DNA of 64,000 bases from Malacoraja senta (GCA_038087875.1 CM075992.1:8930001-8994000); one strand, 5' to 3'; numbered from the stretch's first letter, positions 37,803-51,484 are shown. Numbers and translations are program-made. The notes: a model not told the origin generated them from the sequence alone.

Positions 37803-39872
37803 CTCCCCAAGGCCAATTAACATACAAACCTGCATGTGTTTGGGATGTGGGAGGAAACCGGAGTATGTGGAAGAAACCCATGCAGTCACAGGATGAATGT
37901 GCAAACTCCACACAGACAGCACCTGAACTCAGGATCGAATTTGGCTCTATCCACTGCATCACTGTGTTGACCCCTGATATGCTGATATACAAGGTTTCTT
38001 AGTGGACAAACATACCAGGAAACCTCTGTTGCCCATACAGGCCAAAAGTTCAGATGTCTGGGACAGTCATCTCCCAAAATAGACACAAAATGCTGGAGTA
38101 ACTCAGCGGAACAGGCAGCATCTCTGGAGAAAAGGAATGGGTGACCCAAAGATCCAGTCTGAAGAAGGGTCTCAACCCGAAACGCCACCCACTCCTTCTC
38201 TCCAGAGATGCTGCCTGTCCCGCTGAGTTACTCCAACGTTTGTGTCTATCTTCGGTTTAAACCAGCATCTGCAGTTCCTTCCTACACAATTAGTTCTCTC
38301 CCAGTTCCATTTCCAAATCACACACCACCTTCATGACTATTGTCTCAAAATCATTCCCTGCAGAATAGTGTATAAAACTGATTTTACTTTTATTCAATGA
38401 TATCCTTGGATTTGTTGCTAATATTTTAAATTCATGCAAACAGTAAATGTCAATTAACGTTATATATTGAAGGAGATGTCTTTGTCTAGTCGGGCAAGCT
38501 TCATCAAGGCAAAAACATGACTAAGGAAGGTCCCGACCCAAAACATCACCCATTGTTTTTCTCCATAGGCTATAGGGAGAGGTTGAGCAAGCAAGGACTC
38601 TATTCCTTGGAACACTAGTTTGAGCAGTGATCATAGAGGTGTACAAAATCATGAGAGGAATAGATCGGGTAAACGCACAGTCGCTTGCCCAGAGTAGGGG
38701 TCTCAAGAACCAGAGGAGGTAAGGAGGAGGTGAGGAGGTAAAGATTTAATATTTAATATAAACCTGAGGAGCAAGTTTTATTTCACACAAAGGGTGAATG
38801 GAAAGAGCTGTCAGAGGAGGTAGTTGAGGCAGGGATTATTGCAACGTTTATGAAACATTTAGACGGGTACATGGAAAGGATAGGTTTGGAGGGATATGGG
38901 CCAAATGGGGATATGGGCAGGTGGGACTAGTGTAGAAGGGACATGTTGATCGGTGTGGGGAAGTTGGGCCGAAGGGCCTGTTTCTACTCTGCACGACTCT
39001 AGATGATGCTGCCTGACCCGCTGGGTTACTCCAGCTCATTGCGTTTGTCAAGAACATGACTAGCATGACTAGCTACACCAGTTTCCCTCCCAAAGGCTCA
39101 CAGTGATGGTTTGACAGTACTTGAGGGCTCGATTTGGAGAATTGGGGTGGGGTTCCAAGGGCTTTGGAGCACAGGGTGTTATTTAAAAACCGAACATTAG
39201 AGAGGGAACCAGATAGAGGTTTAATCGATGGGTGGATTCCGACTGCATAATTAGAGGGCACCACAATGCAAATAGTACCGTCTCTGCCAGTACATGCCTG
39301 ATGTCTTTCCTGTTACATTCAGTTTAAAAACAAAAGTCATATGGATTATAGTGTGGGAAGGAACCGCAGATGCCGAAGACAGACACAAAAATGCTGGAGT
39401 AACTCAGAGGGACAGGCAGCATCTCTGGAGAAACGGAATAGGTGACGTATCGGGTCGAGGTAAAGGTCTGACCAGCTGGGTTACTCCAGCTTTTTGTGTC
39501 TGTCGTATGGCGTATACATTTGTGCAGGAAGGAAATGCAGATGCTGCTTTAAACCTCAGATGGACACAAAGTGCTGGAGTAAGTCAGAGGGACAGGCAGA
39601 GTCTCCGGGTAGAAGGAATGGGTGACGTTTCGGGTCGAGACCCTTCTTCAGGGCGAGTTACTCCAGCTTTTTGTGTCTATCTTTGGAGTATACGTTTGTT
39701 CATTTGCCAAAATAGAGATGTGCCCCTTGGTGGCAACATAGAGTCAGCTGGGGAGAGGCGGACGAGGAGAAGGGTTGGTGGCGGAGGGAGGGTGGGGGAG
39801 GCAACATCGTAGGTCTAGCATCCGTTGGCAACTTTCTCTATATAAACAAACCCGGACTGTTGTCATCATAGA

Positions 39873-39875
<3 letters not shown>

Positions 39876-39908
<33 letters not shown>

Positions 39909-40204
39909 TGAGTGAGTGAGTGAGTGAGTGAGTGAGTGAGTGAGTGAGTGAGAGTGTGTGTGTGTGTGTGTATGAGTGTGAGTGTGAGTGAGTGTGTGTG
40001 TGTGTGTGTGTGTGTGAATGAGTGTGAGTGTGAGTGTGAGTGTGTGTGAGTGTGTATGTGTGGGTGTGTGGGTGTGTGTGTGAGTGAGTGAGTGAGTGAG
40101 TGAGTGAGTGAGTGAGTGAGTGTGAGTGTGTGTATGAGTGTGAGTGTGAGTGAGTGTGTGTGTGTGTGCGTGTGCGTGTGCGTGTGCGAGAGAGTGAGTG
40201 CGTG
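39876..40204. repeat. (GT)n/(GAGT)n compound microsatellite
   Basis: Direct inspection. Confidence 0.95.
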
Positions 40205-43200
40205 TCCCCATTAAACTCTCACTGTCCCCTCCCTGCAACACAGCTGGAGAATAATGTAAACATTCTCCGCACCCGTCTTCCTGTCTGCCCGTCTCTCACA
40301 GCTGCGGAGAAGTGCAGACATCTCAATTACTACCTTCAGCCTGCATTGTGATGACCTGGCTCCAATAACAACCCCAAGGCACACGACTTCCACCCAGTCA
40401 ATCCTTCTGCACTGGGACAGAGAAGTTCTCCAGAGCTTTAACAAGAAGAAAAAAAATGTGGACACAAAATGCTGGAGTAACTCAGCGGGAAAGGCAGCAT
40501 CTCTGGTGAGAAGGAATGGGTGACGTTTCAGGTCGAGACCCTTCTTCAGACAGTAAAAAAAGTGGCCTTTCTGTCCAAGGCCTCCTCCGCTGTCAGAATG
40601 AGGCCAAACGCAAATTGGAGGAACAGCACCTCATATTTCGCTTGGGGAGCTTACACCCCAGTGGTATGAATATTGATTTCTCTAACTTCAAGTAATCCTT
40701 GCTTTCCCTCTCTCTCCATCACTCCCCCACCCTAGTTCTCCATCTAGTTTCACTGTTGTCCTGATTAATTCTTCCCACCTTCCCCTCAGCCAACAATGAA
40801 CCATTCTACATTTCCTTGAGCATTGTCTGCTTTGATCTGTCCTTTTCACACCTTAAATGTTCTTTGTAACCTTCCATATCTCCAGTTTCCATCTCCCCTC
40901 ACTAAGTCTGAAGAAGGGTCTTGACCCAAAACGTCACCCATTCCTACTCGCCAAAGGTGCAGCCTGCCCCGCTGAGTTACTCCGGCATTTTGTGTCTCTC
41001 TTCGGCGTAAACCAGCATCTGCAGTTCCTTCCATCACACAATTAAAAAAGTGTTTTCTGCAGCAAATGAGGTCTGGTGTTCAGAGTCTTGCAGCATTCAA
41101 CACAGCAGCTTATCTTCCACACCCCGTAAGGACCTGATCCCATCCAGGTACAGCCAGATGTTGTCTCATGAGGGCTGGAAGAACTCAGGCAGACTTTCCC
41201 CCATTCACTCACTAAAGGATGGCACAGTGGCAAAAAAATGGTGGCACCAGGGCGCAGTTGTAGAGCTGCTGCCTTACAACCAGAGACCCTGGTTCGATCC
41301 TGACCTCGGGTGCTGTCTCTACAGAGCTTGAACGTTCTCCCTGTGACTGCGTGGGTTTTCTCCGGGTGCTCCGGTTTCCTCCCACATTCCAAAAATGTGC
41401 CGGTTCGTAGGTTAAGTGGCTTGTGTAAATTGTCCCCAGTTTTAAGAATAAGGAGTAAGCCATTTAGAACGGAGACGAGGAAACACTTTTTCTCGCAGAG
41501 AGTGGTGAGTCTGTGGAATTCTCTGCCTCAGAGGGTGGTGGAGGCAGGTTCGCTGGATGCGTTCAAGAGAGAGCTAGATAGGGCTCTTAAAAATAGCGGA
41601 GTCAGGGGATATGGGGAGAAGGCAGGAACGGGGTACCGATTGGGGATGATCAGCCATGATCACATTGAATGGCGGTGCTGACTCAAAGGGGCTGAATGGC
41701 CTACTCCTGCACCTATTGTTTATTATCTATTGTGCAGGATAGAACTAGTGTATGGGCGATCGTTGGTCGGCGCAGAATCGATGGGGTGAAGTGTCTGTTT
41801 CCACGCTGTTGCTTTAAAACTAAAGCTAAAATACTCCACTTGACGCTGTGATACATGTTTGTATGAGACATTGGTGAAGCCTTGTACCTTCCGAAGTGTT
41901 CACCAGGGACTATACTGGAAGTTGGACAATATATACTGGACAATTTTTACATTTACACCAAGCCAATTAACCTTCAAACCTGTACGTCTTTGGAATGTGG
42001 GAGGAAACCGAAGATCTCGGAGAAAACCCACGCAGGTCACGGGGAGAACGTACAAACTCCGTACAGACAGCGCCCGTAGTCGGGATCGAAACCGGGTCTC
42101 TGGCGCTGCATTTTCGCTGTAAGAGCAACTCTACCGCTGCGCCACAAGCCACATTTAGAGTATTGTATTCAGTTTCAGTCACCTTGTTATAGAAAAGATG
42201 TCGTTAAGCTGGAAAGGGCGCAGAGAAGATTTATAAGGATGTTGCCATGACTTGAGTGGCGTTGAGAGAGAAAAGTAGATCAACCATCATCACACCATCG
42301 GAAACTGGACCACCGTCATAGGTTCATAAGTTGTAGGAGCAGAATTAGGCCATTCGGCCAACAAGTCTAGTCCGCCATTCAATCATAACTGATCTATCTT
42401 TCCCACTCAACTCTATTCTCCTGCCTTTTCCCCAGAACCCTTGACACCCTTACTAATCAAGAACCTATCAATCTCCACCTTTAAAATATCCATTGACTTG
42501 GCCTGCACAGCCTTACGTGGTAATGAATTCCACAGATTCACCACCCGCTAACTAAAGAAATTCCTCCTCATCTCTTTCCTAAAGATACAGTCCTTTAATT
42601 CTGAGGCTGTGTCCTCTGGTCCTGGACTCTCCCACTAGTGGAAGCATCGTCTCCACCATCCACTCCATCCAGGCCTTTCATTGGACTGGTCTACATCCAA
42701 CATCTTCAGGAGACACAGCACTGGACTGAAGGCTGACAGCATCAGGAAGGCCAAGATCATTGGTCCTGTCTATGACATTACGTTATGGACACAAAGTGCT
42801 GGGGTAACTCAGCGGGACAGCCGGCATCTCTGAAGAACATGGATGGTGACATTTTGGGCCAGAACCCTTCCTCAGGGGTCTGAAGATGGGTCCCAACCTG
42901 AAACGCCAGTCTGACCAAGGGCCCCGACCAGAAACGTTACCTATCCACATTCTCTAGAGATACTAAAGTTAGACACAAAGCGCTGGAGTAACTCAACAGG
43001 TCAGCGGTATCTCTGGAGAACTTGGATGGGTGACCTGTTGGGTCGGGACCCTTCTTCAGACTGAAAGTAGAGTGGGGTGGAGTACCTAGAGGTAGGAAAA
43101 TGCTGCTGTGTTACTGGATTAATCCAGCACTTTGTGTCTATTTTTGGTATAAACCAGCATCTGCAGTTCCTTCCAACACATTGTTTAATGTTCCAATCCC

Positions 43201-44543
43201 CTCAGTCTAAAGAAGGGGTTCGGCCCGAAACGTTGCCTATTTCCTTCGCTCCATAGATGCTGCTGCACCCGCTGAGTTTCTCCAGCATTTTTGTCTACCC
43301 TCTTACTACAACTCTGCCTATAGTATATTTTAGCAAGTTATCCCTCTGAAAGACACTCGTTCTCAATCTGTTCTCAAGTTAGACACAAAACCCTGGAGTA
43401 ACTCAGCGGGCCAGACGGCATCCCTGGAGAGAAGGAATAGGTGACGTTTCGGATCCATCTTCGGTTTAAGCCAGCATCTGCAGTCTGAAGAAGGGTCTCG
43501 ACCCGAAACGGCGCCCAATTCTTCCCTCCCGAGATGCCGCCTGTCCCGCTGAGTTACTCCAGCATTTTGCGTCTATGGGCAGTTCCTTCCTACACATTGT
43601 GCGCTTGTTCTCATGAAACGTGAAGTACAATGCTTTAAAACCACCTCCACATCTTCAATCTTAATTCCAGATTTAATGACCTGTTACGATTCTAAAAATC
43701 TAGAACTTGTCACTTTTGAATTAAAGAATCAATTATAATGGGCGCGGAGCAACACTGTGGCGTAACCCCAAAATAATGACACAAGAGCTCGCACCGGGGT
43801 TTCGTTTCAAATTATTTTACAACTACTGCGGCGATAGTAGTGTATTTTTTTAAATTCCAGGAACTAGTCGATCGCTCACTGAAGATGAATGCCAACACCC
43901 GCCCACCATCCGCCCGATTCAGACTCCGCCCTTTCAATAGTAATGTGTCACTGATGTATTTCACAATGATGGTGCCTTTTAAATCTTTTTAAAAAAAATC
44001 TAACAGCCGGATCTCTCGGCTGCGTCTCTTGTTCCACGAATCTCATCCACCCTGGCAACTCTGAAAAAAAACACGTCTGTTTTAAAAGGCCGAGCGAGTT
44101 TCCAAATTGGAATTGCGGTCCCAAAGCGAGCCGGGAGGCAGTTTCATTCACAAAATGTTACGATACATTGGGGGGTTACAAATTTTAAAAAAATGCGCCC
44201 AAACCTTCGCCTGTTTACCCGCCGCCTTTTCACACACATACACACAGAGCCAGAGGTTAATGTTCCCGAGCAGGTTTACACGGACATATCAGAGGCGTTG
44301 ACAGCTCAAATACACTCAAGTAAATACATCGGCAGTTATTAATTAAGCAGGAACGTAATTTTCTTAAGAGCTTTAAATTCAACAAATCTCCGGAATACAA
44401 TAAAACAATTATACGATTAGAAAGAGGAAAATTGCAGATTCTTTTTTTTTGTGCAAATGCGAAATTCATAATTACTTTCCCACAGCCCGGGATAATCTGC
44501 AAAGACTATACATTGATGTGACTTATTTTGAGGCGGCACCAAC

Positions 44544-44681
44544 CTGCAGTGCGGTATGTCCGTATTTATTAACCGCATTGACATTCACCTTCTCTTCGTT
44601 CAGAAGACGTTTCACCTCTCGCCAGTTGCCTTGCACCGCAGCCCTGCTCAGCTTGTTGCCGCCGGACATGCTTTTGACCAT
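44544..44681 (-). CDS. CDKN2D: Cyclin-dependent kinase inhibitor 2D (p19INK4d), coding exon 1 (MVKSMSGGNKLSRAAVQGNWREVKRLLNEEKVNVNAVNKYGHTALQ)
   Basis: ATG in good Kozak context (agcATGG); first ankyrin repeat of the INK4 family; intron after TALQ as in INK4 genes; GTTGGT donor; 138 nt, phase 0. Confidence 0.92.
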
Positions 44682-44814
44682 GCTGCTGTTTGCTTTGCCC
44701 CCGCTCTCTCCCTTGCACAGAGCCGGAGGAGAGTGTGGGTGTGAGCGGGGGGAGAGAGAGACAGAGAGAGAGTGGGGATAGAGAGCAGCAGCCGCAGCCT
44801 CGGCTCTGCTCGGC

Positions 44815-45000
44815 CAACCTTTCCCGGAAGCGCTGGGCGACTGAGTGACAGCGCGCCGCCCAATCCCCGCGCCGCGCGGCCGCCGTCGCCCCTGGCAACG
44901 CGTGAAATGGATACACGGCATTCGGAGGCCCGGCCGCGGACCAATCAGAGCGCGGCGCCGGCGCCAATGGCAACAATGCCGCCTGACGTCATGTGTTTTT
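44815..45000 (-). promoter_or_regulatory. CDKN2D CpG-island promoter motif cluster
   Basis: CCAAT at 44860, 44941 and 44964; STAT GAS TTCCCGGAA 44821-44829; CRE TGACGTCA 44984-44991; X-box-like GTCGCCcctGGCAAC 44885-44899; very CpG-rich. Confidence 0.7.
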
Positions 45001-45042
45001 GTTACTTCCCCCCCCCCCCCCGGACTCAGGCGCGGGGACTCC

Positions 45043-46000
45043 CCTGTCCGCCCTAAACAGCTGAACACTGAGCCGGGGCAAGGAGCGTCTGTCCGCCCTG
45101 AACACGGAGTCTGAGCAAGGAGCGTCTGTCCGCCCTGAACACGGAGCCTGGAGCCGGGGCAAGGAGCGTCTGTCCGCCCTAAACAGCTGAACACGGAGCC
45201 TGGAGCCGGGGCAAGGAGCGTCTGTCCGCCCTGAACACGGAGCCTGGAGCCGGGGCAAGGAGCGTCTGTCCGCCCTGAACACAGAGCCTGGAGCCGGGGC
45301 AAGGAGCGTCTGTCCGCCCTGAACACGGAGCCTGGAGCCGGGGCAAGGAGCGTCTGTCCGCCCTGAACACGGAGCCTGGAGCCGGGGCAAGGAGCGTCTA
45401 TCCGCCCTGAACACAGAGCCTGGAGCCGGGGCAAGGAGCGTCTGTCCGCCCTGAACACGGAGCCTGGAGCCGGGGCAAGGAGCGTCTGTCCGCCCTGAAC
45501 ACGGAGCCTGGAGCCGGGGCAAGGAGCGTCTGTCCGCCCTGAACACAGAGCCTGGAGCCGGGGCAAGGAGCGTCTGTCCGCCCTGAACACGGAGCCTGGA
45601 GCCGGGGCAAGGAGCGTCTGTCCGCCCTGAACACGGAGCCTGGAGCCGGGGCAAGGAGCGTCTGTCCGCCCTGAACACAGAGCCTGGAGCCGGGGCAAGG
45701 AGCGTCTGTCCGCCCTGAACAGCTGAACACTGAGCCGGAGCAAGGAGCGTCTGTCCGCCCTGAACACGGAGTCTGAGCAAGGAGCGTCTGTCCGCCCTGA
45801 ACACGGAGCCTGGAGCCGGGGCAAGGCGCGTCTGTCCGCCCTAAACAGATGAACACGGAGCCGGGGCAAGGAGCGTCTGTCCGCCCTGAACACGGAGTCT
45901 GAGCAAGGAGCGTCTGTCCGCCCTGAACACGGAGTCTGGAGCCGGAGCAAGGAGCGTCTGTCCGCCCTGAACACGGAGTCTGAACAAGGAGCGTCTGATC
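45043..46000. repeat. GC-rich 44-bp minisatellite, about 22 units, degenerating to ~46380
   Basis: Unit GAGCCTGGAGCCGGGGCAAGGAGCGTCTGTCCGCCCTGAACAC(G/A). Confidence 0.95.
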
Positions 46001-48317
46001 GTCCTCAGCCCGGAGCCTGGAGCCGGAGCCTGGACAACGGGGCCCCAGTCCGCTTTCTAGCCCGGAGCTGGAACCGCGGAGCCTGTTCCCGGAGCTGGAG
46101 TCCCTGTCCGCCCTGAACACCGACCTGGAGCCGGAGCAAGGAGCGTCTGGCCGCCCTGAACACAGACCTGGAGCCGGAGCCGTCAGCTGGAACACGGAGG
46201 CTGGAGCTTGGAGCCTGGACGCTGGACCCAGAGCGAGAAGCCCCCTGTCCGCCTGGAGCGCGGAGCCCGCGTCCGCCATGAACACAGCCTGTTGCCTGGA
46301 CATGGAGCCCCTGTCCGCTCGGAGCCTGCAGCTGAACCCGGAGCAAGGAGCCTCTGGCCGCGCTGAGCCGGAGCCCGTGTCCACCCTCATCACTGAGCCT
46401 GGGCGTGCAGTATCAAAATAAACTCAATCCTTCTGCGGTGCAGGTGCCGCAAGCTCTCTGTAACTCCCATTTGTTTTTTATTACTGAGGACACAAACAGC
46501 TGCAGATTTGATAATCTGAAGTAAAACCATTAGCCAATAGTGTTTTATTATTATGTCCCGAAAGGGATCAATAAAAGTCTTACGCGCAGCAGCACGACAC
46601 ATGTAAACATTGCACTCCATAGACATCATAATAAACGACACAAAGTTTAATATATGTAAACAAATAAACAATATAGTCCAAAGACAAAAACAATGTCCCC
46701 ATGTCATGATCGCCGGATCTGCCTGACCTGTTAAATTACTCCGGCAGTTTGTGTTTTGATGAACCTCAGCTGGTAAGGGAGACAAATCGTCTGTCCATTC
46801 CCCCAGAGACGCTGCCTGACCCAACAAATTCCCCCGGCACTTTAGAACCTCTGATTCATATAGCTCACGGAAACAGGCCATTCGGCCTAACTCGTCCCTG
46901 CTGACCAAGTTGCTCCATTTAAGATAGTCGGTATTTTGCCTGCCTGCCTCTGAAGTTCACTTGGAAACGACAAAAGGCTTCGGGACGCTCGATCGCGGGG
47001 CCTCTGTTGTTCGCTCCAGGCTCAGCCCCGAATCAAACTTTGTTCGCTTAAGCTACATACAAAGTGCTGGAGTAACGCAGCGGGTCAGGCGTTATCTCTG
47101 GAGAAAAAAGGCTGGCTGATGATTCGGGTCGGGACCTTTCTTCAAGGACTTCTTGAGAAGAGAGGTCCCGACTAGAAACGTCACCTATCCATGTTCTCCA
47201 GTTATGCTACTTGATCCCTGAGTTACTCCAGCGCTTTGTGTTTATTTTAGGTATAAACCAGCATCTGCGGTTCCTTGTTTTTACATATAAAAACGTAGAA
47301 AATAGGTGCTTCGAGCCAGCACCGCCATTCAATATGGTCATGGCTGATCATCCACAATCAGTACCCCGTTCCTGCTTTCTCCCCATATCCCTTGATTCTG
47401 TTAGCCCCAAGATCTATATCGGACTCTCTCTTGAAAACATCCAGTGAATTGGCCTCCACTGCCTTCTGTGGCAGAGAATTCCACAGAGAACTCTCTGGGT
47501 GGAAAGGTTTTTCCTCATCTCAGTTCTAAATGGCCTACCCCTTATTCTTAAACTGTGACCCCTGGTTCTGGACTCCCCCAACATCGGGGACATTGTTAGT
47601 TTAAGGCTAGAACTGCGTCGTGGACAGCATAAAGAGGCTGAAGGAGGGTCCTGACCCGAGATGTCTCGTGTCCATTCCTTCCACAGATGCTGCCTGGCCT
47701 GCTGAGTTCGCCCAGCACGTTGTGCTTAACTCATAATAATCGATATGTTCCGTTTATATTGCCCCCTTCAACGCAGCGAAGGGTATGTGTCCCCGACACG
47801 TTTTACAGGAGAGTTTTTTAACTGGATGGTCATAAGATCATGTGATAGTAGAATTAGGTCATTCGGCCCATCAAGTCTACTCCGCCATTCGATCATGCCT
47901 GATCTATCTCTCCCTCCTAACCCCATTCTCCTGTCTTCCCCCATAACCTCTGACACACATTCTAATCAAGAATCTATCTATCTCTGCCTTAAATATATCC
48001 ATTGACTTTGCCTCCACAGCCTTCTGTGGCAAATAATTCTACTGAGGCTATGACTGAGTGGCCGGTGAAAGCCTGAGATGCCAGAGCCTCTTCCTGCCCA
48101 TGGACAATGAGGAACTGTGCCCACACACACACAAAGGCAAAGACTGAGCTACCACGATCAGTTCAGTTTAGTACAGACACAGTGAAAAGCTAAACGTGTT
48201 GTCACGTTTGCAAAATAAAATCGCGACTATTTGCAAACCATGACCCATATTTTTTTACACAAAAAAGGTCAGCGGGTCAGACAGGAACTACAGAGAAAAG
48301 AAATAGGTGACGTTTCG

Positions 48318-48450
48318 GGGGTGGAAGGTTGCAACCTTCACGTAGCCTCGACGAATGCAATCAACCTGCTGGCGTGCACAAACAGAAGATCAAACAGAAC
48401 AAGTTGTCTTACAACTTTAGGCTGTGCACGCCATACGCACGAAGAAGAAG
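48318..48450 (+). mobile_element. Short retroposon copy 2, ribozyme internally deleted
   Basis: Homologous to 16767-16909 but lacks the 3' strands of P3 and P1; inserted in a Penelope-derived repeat. Confidence 0.75.
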
Positions 48451-48545
48451 ACCCTTCTTCAGACTGAAAGTCAGCTCCCACCACCCCCCCCCTGAAGAAT
48501 CTGAAGTTCCTCCCACCCTTTTTTTACGTAAGCATTATTTTTACA

Positions 48546-49220
48546 GTAAGCATGCGGGTACAGCAGGCAGTGAGGAAAACTAATGGCATGTTGGCCTTCA
48601 TTGCGATAGGATTTGAGTATAGGAACAAGGAGGTCCTACTGCAGTTGTACAGGGCCCTGGTGAGACCGTACCTGGAGTATTGTGCGCAATTTTGGTCTCC
48701 TAATTTGAGGAAGGATATAATTGCTATTGAGGGAGTGCAGCGTAGGTTCACCAGGTTAATTCCCGCGATGGCTGGACTGACATACGATGAAAGAATGGGT
48801 CGACTGGGCTTGTATTCACTGGAATTTAGAAGGATGAGAGGATATCTTATAGAAACATATAAAATTCTTAAAGAATTGGACAGGCTACATGCAGGAAAAA
48901 TGTTCCCGATGTTGGGGAGTCCAGAACCAGGGGACACAATTTACGAATAAGGGGTAGGCCATTTAGGACTGAGATGAGGAAACATTTTTTCACCCAGAGA
49001 GTTGTGAATCTGTGGAATTCTCTGCCACAGAAGGCAATTGAGGCCAATTCATTGGATGTTTTCAAGGGAGATTTAGATATAGCTCTTAGGGCTAAAGGAA
49101 TGAAGAGATATGGGGGAAAAACAGGAACGGGGTACTGATTGTGGATGATCAGCCATGGTCATATTGAATGGCGGTGCTGGGTTGAAGGGCCAAATGGACC
49201 TATTTTTCTATGTTTCTATC
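48546..49220 (+). mobile_element. CR1 LINE 3' fragment
   Basis: ORF 48552-48950 contains LVRPYLEYCAQFWSP; CR1 3' UTR follows. Confidence 0.88.
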
Positions 49221-50322
49221 TACAGGCAGGATTCAGAGCAGAACCCTGACTAATTCTTATTGATAACTTACTCGACCTCCTCCCGTGAGAGGGACTAGTC
49301 GGAGTTTACACCTGAAACCTTCCTCCATTTCACCGCGCAGATGCTGCCTGACCCGATCAGTATTTCTGGCATTTTCTCTTTTAATTTCACATTAGCTGCT
49401 GTGTTTTGCTTGTGGATGCGTATTTCCACGGCAGCTTTGCGGCAGTTAGAAGTAGTTTCGGTCGCTGTGCCAGATGTATCCGGTGTGAAGCCGGTGTCAA
49501 ATAATGTATGCCCGCGATTCCCCAGTCCAACGTGTAAGAAGGAACTGCAGATGCTGGTTTAAACCGAAGATAGACACAAAAAACTGGAGTAACTCAGCGG
49601 GACAGGTAGCGTCTCCAGAGAGAAGGAATGGGTCGAGACCCTTCTTCAGACTGATGTCATGGGAGAGGGAGATAAGGAAGTGTAGGGTGTGAAAATAGGG
49701 AATGGCAGCGTCAGACTGCTGATGCGTGTTGTTTTCTAAGGAAGGCAGAAAGGAAAAATGTCACCAAGGAGGTTTACTAACTTGGTTATTGAAAACATTC
49801 ATACACCTTCAGTTCCCTCAATGTCTCCACTGGTCCAAAGCTTAATTACAGTGGATACTATTTACCAGCTGGAGGCATAGAATAAACAACGGAGTAAGCA
49901 GGTTTCTAATCTTCCCGAGACTGCTGTTAGGAAGAAAGGAAACGAGAGATATATGCAACTGAAGTCTGCCAGTCAAGGAGTCCAGAAGCCAGTTGCAGAT
50001 AGAGGTCCTAAGACCATGGTCCATACCAAATTAGCTCATCTCTAAACTTATGGACATGGTCTAAAGGCCTCCACCTACTGGACTCCTTGGCTGGTCTATC
50101 TTCCCGAATACATTGTTCCACCCAGAGGCTTCTGGTGGTGCTTCGTCATGTTGATAGGTTCTAGGCCGTGAAACAAGGTGTTTAGTATTGGAATCATTTC
50201 TACGGCGCTGAAAATGCTGGATAATTTAATGTGAAATAGTGTAGCAGAAAGATTTGGAGCCTGCTCCATCATTCAGGAAGCAGGAGGAACTGCCGATGCT
50301 AGTTTACAAAAGATAATACATA

Positions 50323-50599
50323 GGGTGGCACGGTGGCGCAGCGGTAGAGTTGCTGCCTCTCAGCGCCAGAGACCCGGGTTCGATCCCGACTACGGGTGCT
50401 GTCTGTACGGAGTTTGTACCTTCTCCCGCGTAGGTTTTCTCCGAGATCTTCGGTTTCCTCCCACACTCCAAAGACGTACAGGTTTGTAGGTTAATTGGCT
50501 TGGTATAAATATAAATTGTCCCTTGTGTGTGCTGGTGGTGGGGTACAGACTCGGTGGGCCGAATGGCCTGTTTCCGCGCTGTATCACTAAACTAAACTA
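50323..50599 (+). mobile_element. tRNA-derived V-domain SINE (HE1-like), exemplar; further copies at ~5285-5595, 11865-12160, 13440-13690, 15419-15720, 26570-26875, 41930-42145, 55117-55390, 62625-62885
   Basis: A box TGGCGCAGCGG (50334) and B box GGTTCGATCCC (50377); V-SINE core; CR1-like 3' end; (CTAAA)n tail. Confidence 0.88.
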
Positions 50600-51484
50600 C
50601 CGACTAAATCTGTGCACGGAAGCTTGATGGTCGGCGTGGACTCGATGGACCCGGGTTCGATCCTGACCTCGGCTGCTGTCTGTGTGGAGTTTGCACGATC
50701 GCCCTGTGACCGCGTGGGTTTCCCCCGGGTGCTCCGGCTTACCACCACATCCCAAAGACAGACAGGAGTGTAGGTTAATCGGCCCTCTGTAAATTGCTCC
50801 CAGTGTGTATGAAGTAGACGAGAAAGTGGGTTAACGTAGAACTAGTGTGGACGGGTGATCGATGGTCGGCGTGGACTGGGTGGGCGGAAGGGCCTGTTTC
50901 CGCGCTGTATCTCCAAACTAAACTACTAAGGGTGTTGGTGGACAAAAATAAATGGAGTAACTCAGCGGGTCAGACAGCATCTCTGCAGAACATGGACGTG
51001 CAACGTCTCGGGTCGGGACTCTCCCACAGACTGAAGGTACTACTTGTAGGTGTGTGGCTGGCTTTAGTAAATGACATTCTGTAACGAGAGTGTGGAACCG
51101 AGTTCCCCTCACTATTTGAGCATCTTGACTTAGTTCAGGGCAGGGAAATGGAAATGAGAACAGAACTGGGAAAAGGTGCAAGAGATCATATCTTGGGACA
51201 CATGGTGATTAGTCCTCCCCCCGCCCCCTTCCCCCCTATCAGTCCCCCTCCCCCGCCCCCACCCCGTCAGTCCCCATCCTGTCAACCTCCCTCCCTCCCT
51301 CCCCCTCCCCACCCCGTCAGCCTTGGCTTTGAGCTCATCTTCAAAGATTTTCCACCAAGGACGGACACAAAATGCTGGACTAACTCTGCGGGACAGGCAT
51401 CTTCTCAGGAGAGAAGGAGTGGGTGACTCCAGCATTTTGTGTCTATCCTCGGTTTAAACCAACATCTGCAGTTCCTTCTGCAAA

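Noticed and set aside
34957..44681. Calling the INK4 gene CDKN2C or CDKN2A/B
   Set aside because: Residue pattern and KRI1 linkage favour CDKN2D.
44523..45974. 483-aa ORF as an N-terminally extended CDKN2D
   Set aside because: Openness comes from a stop-free minisatellite and the ORF starts at a non-ATG codon. It runs through the promoter motifs, and INK4 homology begins only at 44681. An in-frame ATG at 44921 probably lies upstream of the TSS.
50323..50400. tRNA genes
   Set aside because: A/B boxes belong to SINE heads that continue into V-domain and LINE tails; no full cloverleaf.
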